NCBI GenBank assembly: GCA_943704425.1
Contig: CALSCP010000238.1
Span: 1 to 34,646, forward strand
Reading direction: 5' to 3'
Length of the DNA: 34,646 bases
Source: Ministeria vibrans ATCC 50519
Lineage: Eukaryota > Protista > Filasterea
Shown here piece after piece: positions 29,618 through 34,646 of this stretch (within the stretch, counting starts at the first letter, position 1; the number at the start of each line of letters is the position of its first letter). Under the pieces are notes generated by a model that saw only the letters and a list, made by a program, of their open reading frames with translations, did no database searches and was not told the DNA's origin. A program made the position numbers and the translations under genes.

Positions 29618-31027
29618 ATGTGTATGTGTGTGTGTTGTGTGTGTGTGTTTGTGTGTTTGTGCATGAAGAGAGGTGTCTCAGAGAAACAGGGAGAGAGGCA
29701 AGGGGAAAAGAAACAAGAGAGAGTGTGTGCGTGAAGAGAGTGTGTGTGACTGAGCGAGAGAGAGGGAGAGGGAGAGGGAGAGAGAAAATGAGAGCGAGAG
29801 AGTGCCCAAAGTGATCGAAATGACGGTTATGTTGCTTCAAGTGTATGGTTTTCGTGTGTGTTGTTTGTCTGTGCGATAATCTGTCGTGGAGAGAAAGAGA
29901 AGGCACAAAAGTGTTTGTTTATGATCTGCATGGTTTTGTTTGTCAATTATTTGAGTGTAGGTGAGAAGAAGATATCCAAACTGCAGAATCGACAGACTTC
30001 GCAAGGAGTCATCTCGGCGCGAGTGTCTCCCGACAAGCGATTTGGAGTACTTTTGGAGGTACGGAGAAGACTCTAATGCGGAGAAGGAAGTCAGTAACGA
30101 TGTGCTTCATCAGGTGAATTGCGAAACGGATTTTGCGGCACGCACTCCACGATTTCAAGAGTTGATTGAAACTGTGACACACAACCGACTGGCTCGCGTG
30201 AGTGGAGATGCAGCGCATGTGCCGGTGGACGAAGAGGCACTTCTCAAGGACACTATTGCGGTTGTGGGCGAGAACATTAAGGTTGGCAATATAAGAGTCG
30301 AGAGAGATTGTTCATCAATACCCATTCAACATGCTATATTATTTGTACATGTTTTTGTGTGTCTATGTGCAGATCTCTCGTGAAGTGAGTGCGCAGTGCG
30401 TCTCGTCGGTGGGCACAGTGGGCTCGTATGTACACAGTGGACGCATCGGTGTGCTTGCAGTCCTTGAGGCGTACTCGGCCTCCGGTGAGGCACTCTCTTC
30501 GTCGACAGCGACTGCCCCTCTCGAGGCAGCCGCACTGCTTATTGCCAAGCAGGTACGATTCCTTTTTCCATTTGTTTCTATCACTTCTTTGTTTTTTTTC
30601 CTTCTCTCTATCCCTTTGCTCCTAATTTGTTTCTTTCTTCATTCTCTCTATCGCTTTATTTCTTTCTCATTCTCTCTATCACTTTATTTCTTTCTCCTCT
30701 CTCTATCACGTTGTTTCTTTCTCCCTCCTTTCTCTCCCTCTCTCTCTTTTTCTCTCTCCTTCCTCTTCTGTTGTATAGGCCGTTGCAACCAACCCCCTGA
30801 GCATTGCACGAAAGGAGCCAGAAGGCATTGCAAGCAGCACAACAGCATCCGAGTCGGACAGTGCAGAGGCGGACAGTGGCGACGAGGACAAGCCACTGTT
30901 GGAACAGAAGCTACTGTTTGCACCGAGTGCCGAGACAACGACTGTGGCTCAGCTGCTCGAGTCGTGTCGTGTGCAAATGGACGTTGCTGCTGTTTCCGTG
31001 TCCCATTTGCATCGCCTCGAACTCTGA
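29108..31027 (+). CDS. TSFM: Mitochondrial elongation factor Ts; exons 29108-29230, 29339-29441, 29961-30058, 30114-30281, 30373-30552, 30779-31027; ~306 aa
   Basis: Presequence-like N-terminus, LVSRLRKETGIGMGICRQA, RQTSQG, LLEVNCETDFAAR, VGENIK, GSYVHSGRIGVL, LLEQKLL. Confidence 0.94.
29529..29660. repeat. (GT)n microsatellite in TSFM intron 2 (another at ~29266-29302 in intron 1)
   Basis: Direct observation. Confidence 0.95.
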
Positions 31028-31183
31028 GTTAGTACAATAGACGACCAATCAAAAACGCGATACAACCATCTTTTTCTCCAGGGTACAAAACGTTCTTCAT
31101 TGAGTCTGCCTCGCTTCCATTCCGAATGTGAAAGCGATTTTTTGTGTCCGGCGATATGAGAGAACCTTTTTTTTTTGAAACGC

Positions 31184-32305
31184 CTATCGTTTGAACGGAA
31201 TGGCAGGCAGGTGGGCTTCGAGAAGAGGAGCGACGGCAAGACAGTTGCGTCCGTGAGTGTGCGAATGTCTCGGGCGCGGCAGTTGAGCAGCGTGCTCTCG
31301 CGCGTGCTCCTCGTGATCGTCGTCCGGGTCGCTCACTGGCTCACCCTCGCCCAAGCCCCGTTCGCCCACGAGCCAGGCAAGGTCTAGTCCATCAATATTA
31401 TTAGTAGCATCACGAGCTTGGTCTGTTGGGGTTAATGCAGTCTTTTCGGCATTTCGATACACAAGTGACGGCAACGAGTCATTCGATAACGGTGCAGCGC
31501 ACGTCTCCTCTCCTTCCGACACCTTCCTGGCCCCTCCACGCTGTATCCTCTTTCCTTCGAAATCCTCACTCCCAAGCTGGTACGCGTCGTCTGTAGCTAA
31601 TACGATTATGTCGGGTGAGCTCGTGACCTTTGAGGGCAATAATGAATGAGACAGTTCGTGTGATACACGTAAAGCGTCGGAGGTGTCGCGCAACATTCTC
31701 ACTCGTAAATCGACCAGTAGATCCTGAATTGTCTCACGAAGTTGCTCGGGAACTCCCTTGGGCGGATTGGTCAATCGTCCGCTGGTCATAGTGTTCCAAT
31801 AGTGCGAAGCAACGGAATGGCGTAGCGACGCCACGTCGAGATGCCGACCAAGGTACGAACGCAATAGTGCACCCAGACGGACGAGACGGTCGACAGGGCG
31901 CAAGACGGCACGTGCATCCACCGTGTGACTCTGTTGATACAGATACACGTAGGCATCATCGAGCGTGTCAATGAGACGTGTCTCCAGCATTCCATCGAGT
32001 GCCGTCTCAAGCGACGACGACGCGCCCTTCCAGCGCTCTCGGATTGACGGGAAGCGTGCTCCGAGTTCCTCTGCCACGGCTGTAATAAACATGCTTCTCA
32101 GCGACCTGTCCAGCCTAATACGAGTGTCGCTGCGCTGGTCGTGTCGCGAACCATCAGACAGGTGTGTACTGGCTAGTGAGTCCGTCCTGTCGCCATAGCG
32201 ACGGATCACACACGCTCGCACACACTCAGCGCCTGCCCTATCCCGACGCTTTTCCACACCGTCAAACACCCGTGTCAGGAGCACTGTCACTGATGCACGT
32301 TCCAT
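31184..32305 (-). CDS. Hypothetical protein, ~373 aa, apparently intronless
   Basis: Long GC-rich ORF from ATG 32305 (MERASVTVLL), flanked by AT-rich spacers. No family recognised. Confidence 0.65.
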   Translation of the reverse strand: MERASVTVLLTRVFDGVEKRRDRAGAECVRACVIRRYGDRTDSLASTHLSDGSRHDQRSDTRIRLDRSLRSMFITAVAEELGARFPSIRERWKGASSSLETALDGMLETRLIDTLDDAYVYLYQQSHTVDARAVLRPVDRLVRLGALLRSYLGRHLDVASLRHSVASHYWNTMTSGRLTNPPKGVPEQLRETIQDLLVDLRVRMLRDTSDALRVSHELSHSLLPSKVTSSPDIIVLATDDAYQLGSEDFEGKRIQRGGARKVSEGEETCAAPLSNDSLPSLVYRNAEKTALTPTDQARDATNNIDGLDLAWLVGERGLGEGEPVSDPDDDHEEHAREHAAQLPRPRHSHTHGRNCLAVAPLLEAHLPAIPFKR

Positions 32306-32558
32306 TTCGACAAAAAGCAAAAAAAAAAAGTAAATTACATAATAATAATAATAATAATAATTATTATTATTATTATTATTATTATTATTTTGATATTTAA
32401 ATGGTGTGGGAAAGGTGAGAATTTTCATTGTCACTCATGTCAGATGAATACAAGTACATGGCAAGTGAAAAAAAAACGAAAAAATAGACGGTTAAATTGG
32501 TTGCTCTTCTTGTTGGTTACGGCTTTTGGTGTTGGTGTTTATCTTGTCGATGCTGTTG

Positions 32559-33941
32559 CTAGTCGACGACGAGGGGCGCCTCGACAAGTGCCTTGGCCAC
32601 GTACGAGGTGTGTAGGACAACGCTGCGGTATTTGGCAACGACGGTAGAGCGCATGACCCACATAGGATTCTCAAAGTGCAGATAGGGGTGATGGTCGTCG
32701 AGCGACTCGCAAGAAGGAGTCGTCGAGAAGCGAGCGGCGTCGAGAAAGTCGGGTGCGTCCGAATGGATGACCAGACGGATGGAGTGAGCACGCGCGAGGG
32801 TGACGAGTTCTTTTGAGACTGTCTCCATGCGCACATGGTTCAGCGACGGATGCACATCGGTATGCTCGAGAAGCTCGCGTAAGTGGTCAGCATCAAGATC
32901 ACACACACCGAGTGCCTTGACTGTCCCCCCTTTCATGTGGCTCTCCATAGCTGCCCACAAGGGCGCAAAGCAGCCATGCTCACCGGGCTCGGAGTGACGC
33001 ATCGACACAATCAGAGTGTCCACAAAGCTTGTCTTGTGTCGCTCAAGTGCCAAGGCAATCGCGTCGTCGACCGCGTCTGCCGATGTTGCGCACGACACGA
33101 ACAGTTTCACGGTGATTTCCTGCAGCTCACGGGGCGTCTCAACAATGGCGCTGCACGACGCGGGCTGTTGGGAACACGCCGATGACTTGGCCACTTTGAC
33201 AGGCTGCGCTCCGAGACACACGCACACGGAAGGGCTGGAGAAGATGCTTGCAAAGTCGTTGCGGCCCTGCATTGCGCTGGAAACACTGGATGTCACCAGA
33301 GCAGTGCCACGTCGGGTCTCCTGGCCCAATTTCGTATGTGTTCCGCCAATGCGAATCATCTACGAAGAAGAAAGAAAAACCCGTTGGATGAGATGAGCGA
33401 AAAGAACCCACCGCAGACTTTCAGATGCAAGTCCCAAAAAGAACAATAGTCACCAAAGGGTGTAGAGGCGACAATTGCGTTCAGGAGCGCGCTGCGTGCG
33501 CTCGGCAAGTCATCCATGCGAAACAGTGGCCCCATTTTTTGCCCTTTTTTTGGCAACTGCTGGACAGGCCAGCCACAACCAACACCCGACTCCCCCTCCA
33601 CAGTCCAATTCATGCCTTCCATGTATGCTCAGGATATACTGGGTGTTTCCGTTACTTCTTCGTCTCCTTAATTTTTTTTTTTTTTCTGCGAAGTGCGCCG
33701 CATGAGACAATGGCATCGCCTGCCGATGCACGCAGACCCCGCCGTCGACAGCAGAGATAAGGGAATGCGCAAGGGTGGGGTTCAGCACATGGGACGACGC
33801 ACGCAGCTCGGGAGGACGCGACGAGTGTGAGGGTTGAGGAGCGGGACGAATTAATTCTTCTTCTTCTTCTAGTACCTCAGGATTGGCTGCCGCGGTCCCC
33901 ACAGTTCGTGCACCCGTCTGGCAAGGAAGTGAAGATTGCAT
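32559..33941 (-). CDS. GCLM: Glutamate-cysteine ligase modifier subunit (aldo-keto reductase fold); exons 33941-33876 (tentative), 33359-32559
   Basis: EITVKLFV, VDTLIVS, PLWAAMES, VKALGVCDLD, PSLNHV, IRLVIHSD and WVMRSTVVAKYRSVVLHTSY parallel GCLM. A phase-0 GT-AG intron at 33875-33360 joins a short first exon. Confidence 0.88.
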
Positions 33942-34314
33942 GGTTGCGGGTGTTTACTGAAATTTTATGAAACTAAAAAGTAAAAATTAATATTTCTTCG
34001 TTCGTCTGAACGTCTTTTAACTTTTTATTCAAAGGCAGGCACAGCCTCGATTAATCCCCGATCAATGGTCACAGCACGACCACCACACGACCACAGTCAT
34101 CCCGCTGAATATAAAGGGAGAGAAGTTACTGCAGTCAGTGTTTTGGTAAAGACTGACTAATGAGCAATGTGCGCAAGCTCTTTTAATACTATTAGAAACT
34201 TTGAGTTAAGACTCAAACTCTCAATCAAATAATTTTTGACTTGTGTTCTTCTGTGTCCTTTGCATTACTCGCTTATTGATCGTTGTATCGTCAGGTGTAC
34301 GCGATAAGTTAGTC

Positions 34315-34461
34315 ATGTCACAAGGTTAGATATCGATTTTACGACCGCGTTATAGTAACCTCTCATGTGTTTGTCCTGTTGTGTAGGTGCCATGATTGGA
34401 GATTGGCAAGAGTGTTTCGATCCGGCCAACAACCACCCGTATTGGTATAATCACAAAACAC
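34315..34461 (+). CDS. 5' part of a gene with an N-terminal WW domain (exons 34315-34324, 34387-34461; continues beyond window)
   Basis: Spliced translation MSQGAMIGDWQECFDPANNHPYWYNHKT matches the WW pattern W-x-E-x2-D...Y-W-Y-N-H-x-T. Donor GTAAGA at 34462. Absent from the ORF track. Confidence 0.78.
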
Positions 34462-34607
34462 GTAAGACATCGCGTTTTTCCTCTTTTTTTTTTATGTCGC
34501 GTTTTCGTGCCGTTCGTTTGCTCCTCGCGCGCCTCTCTCTCCCTCTCTCTATCACTTCGTTTCATTCTCTCTCTCTCTCTCTCTCTCTCCCTCTCTCTAT
34601 CACTTCG

Positions 34608-34646
<39 letters not shown>

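Noticed and set aside
29262-29906. Cys-Val and His-Thr repeat ORFs
   Set aside because: Translations of (GT)n/(CA)n microsatellites in TSFM introns.

Overview
Gene-dense, intron-rich eukaryotic DNA with short GT-AG introns, many filled with (GA)n, (TAA)n or (CA)n microsatellites. It is most likely from a unicellular holozoan (inference from type I INPP5A, APLF, GCLM, a MyTH4-FERM myosin and a TGY p38 with animal-like exon sizes). By manual splicing I reconstruct 15 protein-coding genes: VPS26 (3' part), INPP5A-like, APLF-like, POLR1D-isoform-2-like RS protein, a cyclin A/B-type gene, p38 MAPK, ISOC2-like, a degenerate-HAD + phosphoribosyltransferase fusion, phospholipase D, a DEAD-box helicase, a tandem MyTH4-FERM myosin, mitochondrial EF-Ts, an orphan ORF, GCLM and a WW-domain gene (5' part). 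The best candidate for something new is the 7-exon, ~401-aa HAD-like/PRTase gene. It resembles bacterial HAD-PRTase proteins (ShosT-type defence-toxin architecture). It lies head-to-head, 100 bp apart, with a PLD whose PX-PH module is replaced by seven tandem Cys3His zinc-finger repeats. Also notable are a possible hidden small-ORF/structured-intron gene between the cyclin and p38, and a dispersed intronic minisatellite. All family assignments come from motif recognition, not database searches.
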